From assembly GCA_030390025.1 (NCBI GenBank), contig CM059432.1, positions 81,780,001-81,844,000 of the forward strand: a stretch of DNA of 64,000 nucleotides, in the 5' to 3' direction. This document shows positions 48,447 to 62,497 of the stretch, one piece after another (the first letter of the stretch is position 1; each line of letters opens with the position of its first letter). Source of the stretch: Squalus acanthias (lineage: Eukaryota). A program made the translations under genes and the position numbers. The notes beneath the pieces are model-generated. The model saw only the letters and a program-made list of their open reading frames with translations, did not search any database and was not told the DNA's origin.

Positions 48447-51400
48447 CAAGGGGCAATCAAACTGCTGGGAGTGTACTATAGACCCCCAAATAGTCAGAGG
48501 GAGATAGAGCAAATATGTAGGTAAATTTCTGAGAACTGCAAAAACAATAGGGCAGTAATAGTAGAGGATTTCAACTATCCTGTATTAACTGGGATAGAAT
48601 CAGTGTAAAAGGTGTAGAGGGTGCAGAATTCTTAAACTGCATTCAGGAGAACTTTTTTAGTCAGTATGTAGCAAGCCCAACAAGAGTTCTGGACTTAGTT
48701 TTAGGGAATGAAGCTGGGCAGGTGGAAGGGGTATCAGTGGGAGAGCATTTTGGTGGTAGTGATCATAATTCAGTTAGATTTAGCGTTTTTATGGAAAAGG
48801 ACAAAGATAGACCAGGGGCTCGATTTTAATAGCCCTGAGGAGGTGGGTTTGGAGGTGGGTCGGCAGCGAAAATCGGAAAAAATGGCTTCAGACTGCCAAC
48901 CCGCCTCCATCCCGCCCCCACCCAATTTTCATGAGTGTCGGGTCAGCCACTCCCAAACTGACCCGACAGGAACCGCTGGGACAGGTAGTTAAGGCAGTTA
49001 AGAGCCTGTTAACTGCCTTGCTCATCCTATTTTTATCGTGGTTTCCCATTTTCGTGCTTCTAGCTCCAGTTTCCCTTCTTGTCAGAAACACGCCAGCTGC
49101 AAGGAGATGAATTTCTCGAGGACATGATTTGTAGTCATTGGTGCAGCACTTTAAAAAGACTCCTGTAACATGGCTGACATTCAAATGCAACAACCTTGTT
49201 GTTGGAGATTTGGGATAAGATTTTGCAAATCTACTGACATTGTGACTGGTCAAGTTGACACACATCTGCTGTTTGACTGATTGGAATAATTTCAGGCCAC
49301 TTTGAGTGTGCGCTTGCAAGCTTCTTGCCTCAACTGAAATCTATAGCAACGGGATGGGAACCATTTACATCCTCTCATGCTGGTCGTCAGATTCGGAGGA
49401 AGAGCAGCCGTGGCAGCGCCACAACCAGCCACAACAGCAGTACCAGCACCAGGAGCGCAAATCTTCTCCTCGCCCACCTGATGCTGCACTGGACGCAGGG
49501 CATCAGCCCCAGACAACATTGCTGCTGGGAGGCCAGCGATGGCATCACCATGGCCAGATTTACTTCACTTGACACTGTAAACCCTGGCTGCCACATGATG
49601 CACCAGGTTGACACAAGCCCACACCAGCACCGTGAAGCATCCCTTTAATGTCCAAGCCATTCCATGCACACTCATCACTATAGCGGGGGAGGGGGGGGGT
49701 GGAGTTATGTCTGAACAATCACTGGAACTCAGTAAGACACTTCTCAATGTGCGCTCAGATCTGTCCAATAAGGGGCACTTTTGGAAAAAGATATTACACT
49801 GTATGACAACACTTTACCAGAAACTTCACGTGGACATTGGCTAAACCTTTCAAGTGTCTACCCTTGTGTGTTGTTAGTTGTTATGCTTGCAGTAGGATGA
49901 GGGTGAGTGTGAGGGGTGGCTAGTGAGATGGGAAAGTGATAAAGTAGATAGAGAGGGTTGGGTGGAGGTGCAAGTTAATTTGGTGTCCTGGGAAGGTCTC
50001 TTCCACCCTTGGAAGGAAGGAGAACCTCCCTGCATGCTGTGATTCCCTCCAAAAGTATATGGACAGTGTCATTGAGAGCCTGGGGGCAAGTGTTCACCTT
50101 TGTGCAGTGCTTGTCAGTGTTTGCAGCACCTTAATGCTATCAAACACTGACAGAACAACTGTCAAAATAAAATTGTGCATGGTCCCTTTAAGGAAACCAG
50201 CAGATGACGTGTCATTAAATGACGTCATCAGACCCGCTTCCTGTTAATTGGCCGGGAAGCCCGCAGGGCGGGCTTAACAAGGCCAATCAAGGGAAAATCA
50301 CGTCTGCAGAGTGGAGGCAGCTGGGGGCGGGACCGGAACCTGGAAACCAGCTGACCCGCCCCCATCCCACCTCCAGAATTAAATTCACGGCCATAGAATT
50401 AAATTCACGGCACAGGTGTAAAAGTTTTCAATTTTACTAAGCTGAGATGTGATTTAGCAAAACTGGATTGGAAACAGGTACTTGAAGGTAAATCAGTGTC
50501 AGAGCAGTGAGAGGCATTCAAGGAGGAGATTGTGAAGGTTCAGAGCAAATATGTTCCCACCAGGAAAAAGGTTGGGACTCCCAAATCTAGAGCCCCCTGG
50601 ATGTCAAGGGGCATACAGGGTAAGTTAAGGCAAAAAGGAAAATTTATGTCAGATACCAAGACCTAATTACTGCAGAAAGCCTAGAGTGTATAGAAAGTGA
50701 AAGTGTGAAATTAAAAGGGAAATTAGGAAACCAAAGAGAGGGCATGAAAAAATATTGGCAAGTAACATCAAGGAAAACCCAAAGGTGTTTTATGAATACA
50801 TAAAGAGCAAGAGGATAACTAACAAATGAGTAGGGCATATTAGAGAGCAAAAAGTTAACCTGTGTGTGGAGGCGGAAGACGTGGGTATAGTTCTCAATCA
50901 ATACGTCTGTCTTCACAAAAGAGGGACGATGTAGACATTGTAGTTAAGGAGGAGGAGTGTGAAATATTAAATGAGATAAACCTAGTGAGAGAGGAAGTAT
51001 TAAGCAGCTTAGCATCTTTGAAAGTAGATAAATCCCCAGGCCCGGATGAAATGTATCCCAGGCTGATAAGAGAAACAAGGGATGAAATAGCAGAGGCTCT
51101 GACCATCATTTTCCAATCCTCTCTGGCTACAGGTGTGGTGCCAGAGGACTGGAGGACTGCTAGCGTCACACCATTGTTTAAAAAGGGAGAAAGGGATAGA
51201 CTGAGTAATTACAGGCCAGTCAGTCTAACCTCGGTGGTGGGCAAATTATTGGAAAAAATTCTGAGGGACAGTATTAATCGCCATTTAGAAAGGCACGGAT
51301 TAATCAAGGACAATCAGCATGGATTTGTGTAGGGAAGGTCGTGTCTGACTAACTTGATTGAATTTTTTGAGAGGTAACAAGGAGGGTCGATGAGGGTAGC

Positions 51401-52611
51401 ACGTTTGATGTAGTCTACATGGATTTTAGCAAGGCTTTTGACAAGGTCCCACATGGCAGACTGGTCAGAAAAGTAAAAGCCCATGGGATCCAAGGGAGAG
51501 TGGCAAGTCGGATCCAAAATTGGCTCAGTGGCGGGAAGCAAAGGGTAATGGTCGACTGGTGTTTTTCTGACTGGAAGGCTGTTTCCAGTGGGGTTCCGCA
51601 GGGCTCAGTACTAGGTCCCTTGCTTTTTGTTCTATATATCAATGATTTAGACTTCAATATAGGGGGCATGAATAAGAAGTTTACAGATGATACAAAAATT
51701 GGCTGTGTGGTTGATCGTGAGGAAGAAAGCTGTTGACTGCAGGAAGATATCAATGGATGGGTCAGGTGGGCAAAAAAGTGGCAAATGGAATTCAATCCGG
51801 AGAAGTGTGAGGTAATGCATTTGGGGAAGGCTAACAAGGCAAAGGAATACACAATAAATAGTAGGATACTGAGGAGTGTAGAGGAACAGGGGGACCTTGG
51901 AGTGCATGTCCACAGATCCCTGAAGGTAGTGGGACAGGTAGATAAGGTTGTTAAGAAGGCATACGGGATACTTTCCTTTATTAGCCGAGGCATAGAATAT
52001 AAGAGCAGGGAGGTTATGCATGAACTGTATAAAACACTAGTTAGGCCACAGCTAGAGTACTGCGTGCAGTTCTGGTCACCACATTACAAGAAAGATGTGA
52101 TTGCACTAGAGAGGGTACAGAGGAGATTTACGAGGATGTTGCCAAAACTGGAGAATTTTAGCTATGAGGAAAGATTGGATAGGCTGGGGTTGTTTTCTTT
52201 GGAGCAGAGGAGGCTGAGGGGAGATTTAATTGAGATGGAAATAATTATGAGGGGCCTAGATCGAGTGGATAGAAGGACCTATTTCCCTTAGCAGAGAGGT
52301 CAATAACTAGGGGCATAGATTTAAAGTAATTGGTAGAAGGATTAGAGGGGAGTTGAGGAAAACTTTTTCACCCAGAGGGTGGTGGGTGTCTGGAACTCAC
52401 TGTCTGAAAGGGTGGTAGAGGCAAAAACCCTCATCACATTTAAAAAGTACTTGGATATGCACTTGAAGTGCCATAACCTACAGGGCTACGGACCAAGAGC
52501 TGGAGAGTGGGACTAGGCTGGATAGCTCTTTTTCGGCCGGCACAGACACGATGGGCCAAATGGCCTCCTTCTGTGCTGTAAATTTCTATAATTTCTAAAT
52601 TTCTATGATTC
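48447..52611 (+). mobile_element. Near-complete CR1 ORF2 (endonuclease to 3' tail), decayed and interrupted by a Harbinger MITE
   Basis: LLGVYYRPPNS, KSPGPDEMYPR, NYRPVSLTS, DFSKAFDKVPH, KFTDDTK, RPQLEYCVQFWSP; tail tttctatgattct. Confidence 0.9.
48816..50412. mobile_element. Non-autonomous Harbinger element (family of 1042-2599)
   Basis: CAG TSD at 48813-48815 and 50413-50415; 49470-50370 closely matches 1680-2580; right end duplicated. Confidence 0.85.
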
Positions 52612-53784
52612 TATCTCCTTTAAAATCCTTGTTCTCTACCGCAGCCCCGCCCCACCCCGCCCCTTGCCCCCCCCCCCTCACCCAAGCCCCATCTGAGTTT
52701 CTCTGAGATATCCTACCTCCTTTCCTCCCTTAGCCTCTGCACTGAGCAACTCCTCATTCTCGGTGATCTCAATATCCATCTGAACTCACCATTCCCTCTC
52801 TCCTCTGCCCTCCTTTCCTGGCTTAACCTCTCCCTCCATAGAAACTCTCCGACCCACATTCATGGCCATCCCCTCGACTTTGCAATCTTCCAGCCGGGAA
52901 GTCGCCAGGAAGTGGTGGAAAATCACATGCCCTGGAGGCCGCCTGCCGAGAAAAGTTAGGGGTCTGGATCAGCTGTCTGGACTGCCCCGTGGGAGTCTTG
53001 CAACCTGGAATGTGAGTCCATGGCAGGGGAGACCTAAGCTTTGCTTGTGGTGCCTTTAGGAAATTTAAAACTAATTATTGTAGTTATATTGTTAAGTTTG
53101 CACTAGTTTATCCATTTTGAGACTACCTGCCCAGCTCGTAAGACTGTGGAATGGAGAATGGCCATGCATTTTTATTCATTGGAAGCATATGGTTTGTTTC
53201 AACATTCCAAGATGGTTCATAGATTTTCAAACAAATTTAAGAGCAAATTCAAATGTCCCGATATTTCTTACCACAGGAGCATGTTATGAGAATGTGGGCT
53301 CTGTTGTGCCCTTCACATATATGCATGATACTGGAAGTTACTGAGTGGTGTTATCATGCGAATGCTTAATATGTTTGTCTCAAATTCCCTTCTCTATTTT
53401 AATGGAGATGTTAATCCATTTAAGATAAATATGTTAAGGCCCCTGTTAAATTCCTTTCTCCACTACTTTACTACAATTATATTAAACATTTGTACGATAA
53501 CATTGGTCACAGTAATTCTAGGCGGTAATGTCTCATGGGCAGGAAAAGAAAAGAACCAGTCAGATAATTTGAAAAGTATGTTTGATTATAGGTCTGTCTC
53601 AGAACCTCAGGCTAAAAGTGTGACTGTTTATTTAATTATGGACATGTGACAACTGTTCCCACTAAAACTCTCACCGATGGTCTGACTTTCATTATTCATG
53701 CTTTATATGTGGAGCTTCAGCTCATTAAGTTATGTTATAAACCACAAGAGTAAGCTCAAGTATAACTATCATCTGGAAGCATTG

Positions 53785-53975
53785 ACAACAACAACTTAAG
53801 CGTCTTTAACATAATAAGACATCCCAAGGCGCTTCACTGGAGCATAATCAGACAACATCTGACACCGAGCCGAAGAAGACATTGGGACAGGTGACCACAA
53901 GCTTGATCAAAGAGGTGGGTTTTAAGGAGCATCTTAAAGGAAGACAGAGAGACGGAAACGTTTAGCGAAGGAATT
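53785..53975 (-). mobile_element. L2 3' end fragment
   Basis: Collinear with 11775-11980. Confidence 0.7.
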
Positions 53976-54818
53976 TAATATGAAGAAAATAAAATTTATG
54001 AAATGGAAAGTAAATATACCCCAAACCCTGCTTGTTAGCAGTACTGCTACCTCTTTCCCCCTCTCACTCAGAAATGTCAAAATATGATATTTTATTTTGA
54101 TTCATTTTTAACCCCAATGCCTGCCTTTCTTAAATCATTTTGAATACGAACATAGCCAAGGCTTAAGTCACACTATTGGCATTATCAGGAGCTTCTGCTT
54201 GACAGAAACTGGGAGGGAGGCTGGCACAAACTGGGCAGTAACTACGAAGAAAGTAAAAGAACTAAAGAAATTGCATTTATTTAGTGCCTTTCACATCCCC
54301 ATGTGTCCCAATGTGCTTTACAGTCAATGAATTCGTTTTGTAGACAAAGATATGAAATACAATTATCATCGGCTGAATATTGTATCTGTGCAGTTCTTGC
54401 CACAGGGCTGATGGCAGAAAAAAACACCCAAGAGTGGGAAGTCAGGATTAAGACGTCAATTCATTTAAAGAAAATAAAAGGGCACATTCCTCATGAAAAA
54501 CTGTTTGGCAATATTTTTCTTTTGGGAGGAAGATGAGCCAAAACATTAATGTCATATTCATGACTCACTGGTGAACTTTAATGTCTTTTACATCATATTC
54601 AATCGTGTATTTGCAAAACTATGAACAAAGGAGTAAACTATACGATTTATCACTCCTGCCACAGAGCTTCACATGAAGGGATCACATATTGAGAATCTGA
54701 TCAGAGGCCAGCACACACTTCGAAGACCTGCATGATTTTCCATCTATTAACTTTAATAACTTTTAAATCGTAACATTTTCCCAAGGTTTTTTGTCTAAAA
54801 CTTGTTTGTAAAGATGAT

Positions 54819-55485
54819 GGTCTAGAAATTGGTTCGCGCTGTAGAACAATCACAGTGCCGGAATGGTTAGGCTCAAGGCACACCCGATATTAGCCTCGGC
54901 TCTCATTTACATGAGACCGGCAAGCTGCGGACACCTGCTGGGCATCCCCAGGCAGCTCGGCAGCGAAGTTTGGGCCGCCACGTCGCCAGCAGCGGCCCTC
55001 AGGTAGGTCCTGAAATGGCAGGGGTGGAGGTAAGCTACTGGAAGGGGGCCGAACGAGAGCCTGTAATGGTCTTTGGCTCTGCTGTGGGGTTGGGAGAAGC
55101 AACCCTGCTCCTCCCAGCTCCGTATTCAGGTAAGTTTTTTTTATAATAACCTTTTTGGTGGCAGCCTTCAGCGGCCCCTTTAAGGACCACTGATTAGACC
55201 ACATGTTGATCAGGTTTTCCTGAACACAGCTGGCCCAACGCCAACAACGTTCAGGGCAGAACAGCATTGGGACTGGGACCTGAAACAGGCCTTAGGCCCC
55301 TTATTTGTATATCCAAAGGGTCTAACGCCTGTTTCAGGCACAAGCTCATTTTCCAGCTTCACCAATATGGCAGGCGGCACACTTCTGCCGCGCAATGTGC
55401 ACATGCATGCCGCCTGCCATTTTGGAAACTTTGGTGCACATTTTATGCATGTAAAATGGGCATGGCGACAACCAATTTCTAGGCC
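54819..55485. mobile_element. Harbinger-type MITE
   Basis: 16-bp TIR ggtctagaaattggtt / aaccaatttctaggcc; TSD not preserved. Confidence 0.78.
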
Positions 55486-56363
55486 AACGTTCCTTGAAAA
55501 AATTAGAAATATGCCCATAGGGTTGATAAAAAAAAGTGGAAGAAAATGAAATAAAGTGGTATTGGTTACTAAGCCAAAAACAAATAGGAACATATAAGAG
55601 AGAGAAAGTAGATTGGGTTCAGCAGGGAGGATAGAAGAGGAGAGGCAATGTCACGAGTCCTGCCTGTACCCCAGTACAGACTTACAGCAACACACTGGTT
55701 TCAAAAAATATAAAAGGCTGCTTAAAATTATGCTATTGTACCGTCACTGACTGTGTCTGCAGCATAACTGAGCAGCTTTTACATAAGCGTCTACCATTTC
55801 GATACAAGAACCAGCTGCAATTGTGGCAAACTAACTGCTCATCGCTGCTTTTAATTTATATTACTTTCAATTTTTGGTTTTACAAATTGGAAGTTTGCTC
55901 AGTTTATTGCAACAAAACAGCCAGCAAACCAGACATTCATCCTCGCTGAGGTTTAGCACACTGTGCTATGCAATAACTTAATAAGAACTCACAATTTTAT
56001 TCTGGTGAGGTCTGTCAGGCTGAGGACGGTTTTGCACTGCAATGCCATGAGGGGGTTCAGAATTTGGGGTGGAACCCAGATCTTTGGAAAAATGGCATGG
56101 AAGGCACTGTGAGATCTGGGGTTCTGTAATAGGAGACCATTCAGACCACCATACCTTAGTCCATTATTGGAAAAGGTTGGTGCAATATCTACTGAATTAA
56201 ATTTTCCAAAGGCAGGGATGCAATGTAAATATAATTCAATAAAAGTGCTGGTAACATCTAGTGGCAGAAGATCAATATTGTGCCAGCTTTTTAAAAAAAA
56301 TTCCTGTATTGACAGGCTGACTAATGTGATTCTTTCTATGGCATCAAGTTGGAATGTTGACCT

Positions 56364-56648
56364 TCAGGTGGACGTAAAAGATCCCATGGCACTATTTCGA
56401 AGAAGAGCAGGGGAGTTATCCCCAGAGTCCTGGTCAATATTTATCCCTCAATCAACATCACAAAAACAGATTATTTGGTCATTATCACATTGCTGTTTGT
56501 GGGAGCTTGCTGTGCTCAAATTGGCTGCCGCGTTTCCTACATTACAACAGTGACTACATTTCAAAAAAGTACTTCATTGGCTGTAAAGCGTTTTGGGATG
56601 TCCTGCGGTCATGAAAAGCATTATATAAATGCAAGTCTTTCTTTCTTT
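56364..56648 (+). mobile_element. 5'-truncated DeuSINE
   Basis: Matches 26560-26838. Confidence 0.85.
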
Positions 56649-59292
56649 CAATTCAACAGTTGAACATATGTTTAGACTGAACACAGACAGGAGGCCCAGA
56701 TTTGGACCCAGACCTGACAATTGTGAAAGTACAGTACATGAAATGCACTGTATAATTATGGCGATGGCTTCACGTACAACTAAATGATACTGTGTATGCT
56801 TGTACCAGTTTGAATATTTATCAGGTATATATTGGAGTTTGAGATAGCTATTGCCGTTTGCTGAATTCGAGTTAGTAATTTTTACTACTCTCTAGCTTTT
56901 TTCCCATTTTCTTCTCTTTCTAGCTTCCCTAGCGATGGATTTCCGGTGATAAAAAGGGCAGGCAGGTTATCCGCTGTCATGTCGCTGTCTCTTCTGATCT
57001 TGAGCCCAACTATTAGGAAGTGTGTGAGATGTTCACAGATTACTCTCACTCTGAATCTTCCTGTCTATCTGTGGATAAGCTCCCGGCCTCTGATCAGTGC
57101 CTCCCAGCAGTGATGCAGCTGAGATCAGAAACTTAAATCCAGGGATAGAGCCTACTTCCCACTATTCCACAACATCATGTGGCCTCAATATACCACACCA
57201 TTATACCATCAATGTTACTGCCATTAGGTAGTGTTGGAGTTCAAAAAGTAAAAACAATATTGCAATCCCCCACCACTGGCATTCCTCATCTTTGATGTAA
57301 AATTACCGCAAGAACGGTTTGAGATTTAAAAACTATAATTGTGTGTTAGGGTTAGGGTGCAGTTTTAAATAAGGTAACCTTGTTTTAAGAATACTAACCT
57401 AATGCACGGGTAAAAAATTAGTAAGCTTTAAAGAATGTACTTTTTTATTACATTATGGAAGAGTTGAGATATAATCCACAATAGTGGACTTGTGTGTGTT
57501 TAGATAATTAAAACATTTGGAAGGAAATCTACATGGGAAATTTGAAAAGTCAAAGAGGATATGGAAAGTGAGACACCACTCGTTAAAATTTCCTGGCTTA
57601 TCTGATATGGAATCATGCATAAATTTGTGTATGCTTAGAAATTAAGCTACAATGAATGGTTTTGAGTTGCATGACCCAGATGGCGTCTGTAATCTAAAAG
57701 GCATTTTTAGGTCAAAACTAGATAACAGTGTAGAGTAATGTAAGCTTGGTGAAATACATCCTGCCACAGGAAAATACTGTTTGCACTAGTAAGGCAGTAA
57801 ATATCTATTTAAAGTTAAACTTTTATTGTGAAATCTGACTATTCCACATAACAATCCAAAAGGTTTAAATAATCCTAAAAAGCAGATATGGAAATGTACT
57901 AAAAGTTATAGCCTGTCTGTTTTTCATTCGATTCGGTTCCTTAACTCCCTCAGACTTGCCTTCCTTTGACAATCCACAGGCTGTTAAAACTGAAGTTCTG
58001 CCTCATGGTCAATCGCGCCATCCTCCGCCATTGTCCAAATCCGTGGGACCGCCCTCGTGTTGTTTCCCTAATACTAATTCAGAAGCAGCTAGTGGATCTC
58101 CAGCACTGTCTTCTCATCTCACCCCGACACAGTCACCTTCAGAGTCCCAAGAGGATCTGGCTCCCTCTTCCACATAGTGGGAGAGTTAGAAAAGGTAACC
58201 AAAAGCTTGGTCGAAAATATTGGCTTTCATAAAATCATAGAATGATACAGCACAGAAGGAGGCCATTCGGCTCATCGTGCATGTGCCAGCTCGTTGGTAA
58301 AGCCCACTCCTCTGCTCTTTCCCCATAGCCCTGTAAATTTTTGCCCTTCAAGTATTTATCCAAATCTCTTTTGAATGTTACTGTTAAATCTGCTTCCACC
58401 AGCCTTTCAGGGAGAGCTTTCCAGATCACAACTCATTGTGTAATAATACTATTTGCCTCAACCACTCCCTGTGGTAGCGAGCTCCACATTCTCACCACTC
58501 TCTGGGTAAAGAAGTTTCTTCTGAATTCCCTAGCTGATTTCTTGGTGACTTTCTTATATTGATAACCTCTTCCCCACAAGTGGAAACATACTCCGTGTCT
58601 ACTCTATGAAAACATTTCATAATTTTAAAGACCTCTATTAGGTCACCCCTCAGCCTTCTCTTTTCAAGAGAAAAGAGACCCAGCCTTTTCATCCTTTCCT
58701 GCTGGGTATAACCTCGCAGTTCTGGTATCACCCTTGTAAGTCTTTTTTGCACCTTCTCCAGTGCCTCTATATCCTTTTTATAATATGGCGACCAGACTGC
58801 ACACATTACTCCAAGGGCTAGAAATTGGGCTCCTTTGCGCCTCCCGTGGGCTCCTTTGCGCCTCTCGTTAGCGTCTCCGGGGGCACTAACGGGGCATAAA
58901 TGGGTTTGTGACCGGGCGTGGCGATATCAACACCTCCCGCTAAATTCGGCGAGAGTTTTGTGGCGGCGGTAAGACGTTGCGCCCTGATCTCCTGCGCCCG
59001 GAGATCATGACGTCTTTACCGTGCACAGCGCCCAAGTAGCGCCCCCCAATGAAAAATTCCCTCTCGCCCCCTGCTTGTGCTGCCGTTAACAATGACAGGT
59101 AGAGGAGGCAGCTTTCAGTCGGCTGCCCCCTGGAGGAGCGCTATTTAAAGGCATCCACACTCGGTTTAGTTTTCGTCGGCCAACAATACTGCGTTGTTAG
59201 TTTCACATAGGCAAAGATGTCAGCGTTTTGCGTTTTAATGAGTGTTCTGGCACATAAAGATTCTTCAGTTTCATTGACGGGAGATTTGGAAG

Positions 59293-60456
59293 TGCAATAT
59301 TTGTATCCTTTCATTGGGGCTCTCCAAGCACTGGACCTCGCCCTCCAGCATCAACGTCTGAGGCACAGAGAAAGAGTGCAAAATGTGGCCAGAGGTGGAG
59401 GGCCAACAGGGCTCTCAACAGGAGGTCGAAGTCATCCAGGGTATTCCAGCACCAGTTCTCCTGCATGAATTTCACTGAGGACCAGTGTGTTAGAAGGCTC
59501 CGTTTCAGCAAGGACGTGGTCACAGAGCTCTGCCACCTCCTGCAGCCAGACCTCGAGCCTGAGATCAGGATCACCACGGCTCTCTCAGTGTCAGTCAAGG
59601 TCACCATTGCCCTCAATTTCTACGCCAGCGGATCATTCCAGTGTGCGACAGGCGACATCTCCAACATCTCCCAGTTTACCGTCCATTGCTCCATCCGCCA
59701 GGTCACAGATGCTCTGCACAGAAGGAGAAGGGACTACATTTCCTTCCCCATGACCAGAGAGAAGCAGTGCAAGCGTGCATGTGGTTTTGCCAGGATAGCA
59801 GGCTTCCCCATGGTGCAGGGCGCCATTGACTGCACCCATGTCGCTTTGCGGGCACCTCATAACAATCCTGAGGCATTCCAGTAACCGCAAAGGCTCCGAC
59901 TCACTTAATGTGCAGTTGGTGTGCGACCACACATGGCGAATCCTGGCCGTCAATGCCCGCTATCCTGGCAGCAGCCACGATGCCTTCATCCTGTGCCAGA
60001 CCAGTGCTAGATCTGTTCCAGCCACCACATGAAGCTTGCGGCTGGCTGGTCGGAGACAAAGGCTATCCGCTCTCCACCTGGCTCATGACTCCCCTCCGCA
60101 ACCCTAACACTCGTGCCCAGCACTCCCATAATGAGAGCCATGCTGCCACCAGGAATATCATTGAGCAGACCATCGGAGTGCTCAAGCAACGGTTCTGCTG
60201 CCTTGACTGCTCGGGATGAGCCCTCCAGTACTCGGCTGAGCGGGTGTCACTTTTCATCATGGTCTGCTGCGTGCTGCACAACTTGGCCATCATGAGGGCC
60301 CAGCCATTGCCACCAGGCATAACTCCGCCATCTCAGGAAGAGGAGGAGGAAGAAGAGGACCAGGAGGACGAACAGCAGCGACGGAGGAGGCAGCCACTCA
60401 ATCGGCGTTCTGCAAGGTCAGTCTGTGACCGCCTCATCAGACTTTGTTTCCAGTGA
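59293..60456 (+). pseudogene. Harbinger DDE transposase (HARBI1-like), frameshifted
   Basis: [78 protein letters not shown]; frameshifts near 59880 and 60010, stop at 60217-60219; start approximate. Confidence 0.92.
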
Positions 60457-60591
60457 CTTTGAGACCTCGTTCCGGTTGCTGAGCACGCCGCCATCATTCC
60501 ATCACTTTGTGATTCCATACCACACCCCAGAACAGAAATGAGACACAGCACCAAATCTGCAACATTCCAGTAATAAATTTATCAAAAACCA

Positions 60592-62497
60592 TTAACCACA
60601 TATATACAACAACAATATTGACAAATCACCCTTGTGCAAACCCTTGCCTCCCCTCTTTACTGTTCCCTTTCCTAATATAGTGCTCCTACGTAATGTCTCC
60701 CCAGTGGCTGTAGCAGGGCTGGTGGAAGGCTGCTGAGTGTCGGTGCCAGAGACTTCAGATGGCCTTGCAGGACGCCCTCGACCAGCTCTGGGCCTGGAAG
60801 GCCCGGCTATAGACTGCACCACCTCAGGCTGGGCGGCGGCAGTCTGGGCTGGCTGGATGACAGGCAGCGACAAGTGCAATGGCGGACTGGCAGTGGAGAG
60901 ATCAGGAATGCTGTCATTCTTAGCGAGGACAGCAGGTTCCTGCTCCACTGACCTACTCCTACTCTCCCTAGCAGTCTGCTGGAGCACAGATTGCCGGCCT
61001 GCTGTGACACCGTGAGATCCCCGGTGGACTGTGGTGGACCCAGCGATGATGTCAGCAGTCAGAGCTTTCGTGGCATCAAGCTGAGACTGCGTGAGAGCAG
61101 TCTGAGATTCGATGCCACCAACCATTGACTGCATTACAGCACTAAGATGTTGCGTCGCTTCTGCCTGTGCTGTAATGGAAGCTGCCACATCGCCCATGAC
61201 ACGCGTCATGAGGTCTGGATCCACACCATCTCTCTGGAAGTCCACTATCCTCTGCACAGTGGAAATGTTGGGCTCCATGGTGTGCGCAGAGCTCTGTGCA
61301 ATGTTGAAGGCGGGCTCCTCCACGTTCCTTACCATTGCCGAGAGGCTCTCGGGCACCCTTGCCATTGGACCTATCATCTCGGTGTGCATGGCCATCACCC
61401 TTCTTGTGAACGCCTCCCCATTGAGGTCCTCATCTGAGTCCTGTGCATCAGAAGTTGCGAGCGAACTCACCCTCTGGGGAGCTGGCTCCCGAGCTACCCT
61501 TTCCCCCTGGCCTTGCTGCAGCCCGCTCGTCCCCAGTGCATCACCCAGTGCAGACCCCTCTACTAAAGTTGCCTCTAAGGATCGGGTAGTGCCAGTATCT
61601 GAGGTGGTGCCTGCGGGTGAGAGATGCAGTGACGCGATGCTTTGCTCCTCCTCCTCTTCTCCTTCCTCACTCTCAGTGGGGGGCTCAGGGACAGGCTGGT
61701 CATCTGGTTGCTGATTATCTGAAAGCATAAAGGCACAAGACTCATGTTAAGGTGAGGGCAGGGGGGTAGGAATGGAGCAAGGAATGCAGGCATTCTCAGG
61801 AGGTGGCAAGTGAGAAAGGTTTATGATGTGAGGGGGAAGTGGGATGAGAGGAGAGGGGCTGAAGATACCGTTTTTGCCCCCATCGGGGTCGACGTCGCCG
61901 ACGGCCACGCCGCCCACCACCTGCTGCCTAATGAGTCGCAGCACTCGCTCCTCAAGGTCTGAGAGCTGCTGGAGCTGCACATCACCCCCGCCTGTTCTCT
62001 GCTGCTCCCTCTTATTGTGGGCCATCTTGGCCTGCAAGAGAAACAAATGTGAGTGAGTCAGAGTCCAGCTATGTGTTTGGGAGATACGCCTGCCGTCGTT
62101 GAATAGCTGTGATTGTAGGCAAGGCGTGAGATGTGGATGTGAGTTTGAGTAGGTGAAGATGTTTGGTGGGTGAGTGGTGGTGGTGTGGTTGTTTGCGCAG
62201 TGTGCACAGACTGAGGTTCAGATGCTGGTATGTAGGAGCTGTTGAAGCATGTACTCACCTTGACCACCCGACTGAGGTCGTTGAATTTCTTGCGGCACTG
62301 TGTCAGGCTGCGTTCCAGCACACTACTGGCCGAGACCTCCTGGGACACTTCCCTCCACATTGCCCTGAACACCTGAGGCGATGGCCTCCTTCCAGTGGCT
62401 GGGAACAGCATTGCCCTCCTTCGCTCCACTCCAGCCCCAATGCCACGTCTGTGAACCAACGAGCTCTCTTCCTGGGAGTGGGAACAGCCGTAGCCAT
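60592..62497 (-). pseudogene. Harbinger Myb/SANT-like DNA-binding gene, 3 exons (62497-62259, 62031-61869, 61718-60592)
   Basis: Exon 1 RARWFTD...WREVSQEV...RSLTQCRKKFNDL then GTGAGT; exon 2 AKMAHNKREQQRTGGG; canonical GT/AG sites keep the frame into the 378 aa ORF; frameshift near 62435. Confidence 0.85.

Noticed and set aside
61112..61714. 200 aa + strand ORF
   Set aside because: Antisense shadow of the Myb gene's exon 3
60592..61728. 378 aa ORF as an independent host gene
   Set aside because: Lies within the Harbinger TIRs and splices in frame to the Myb exons
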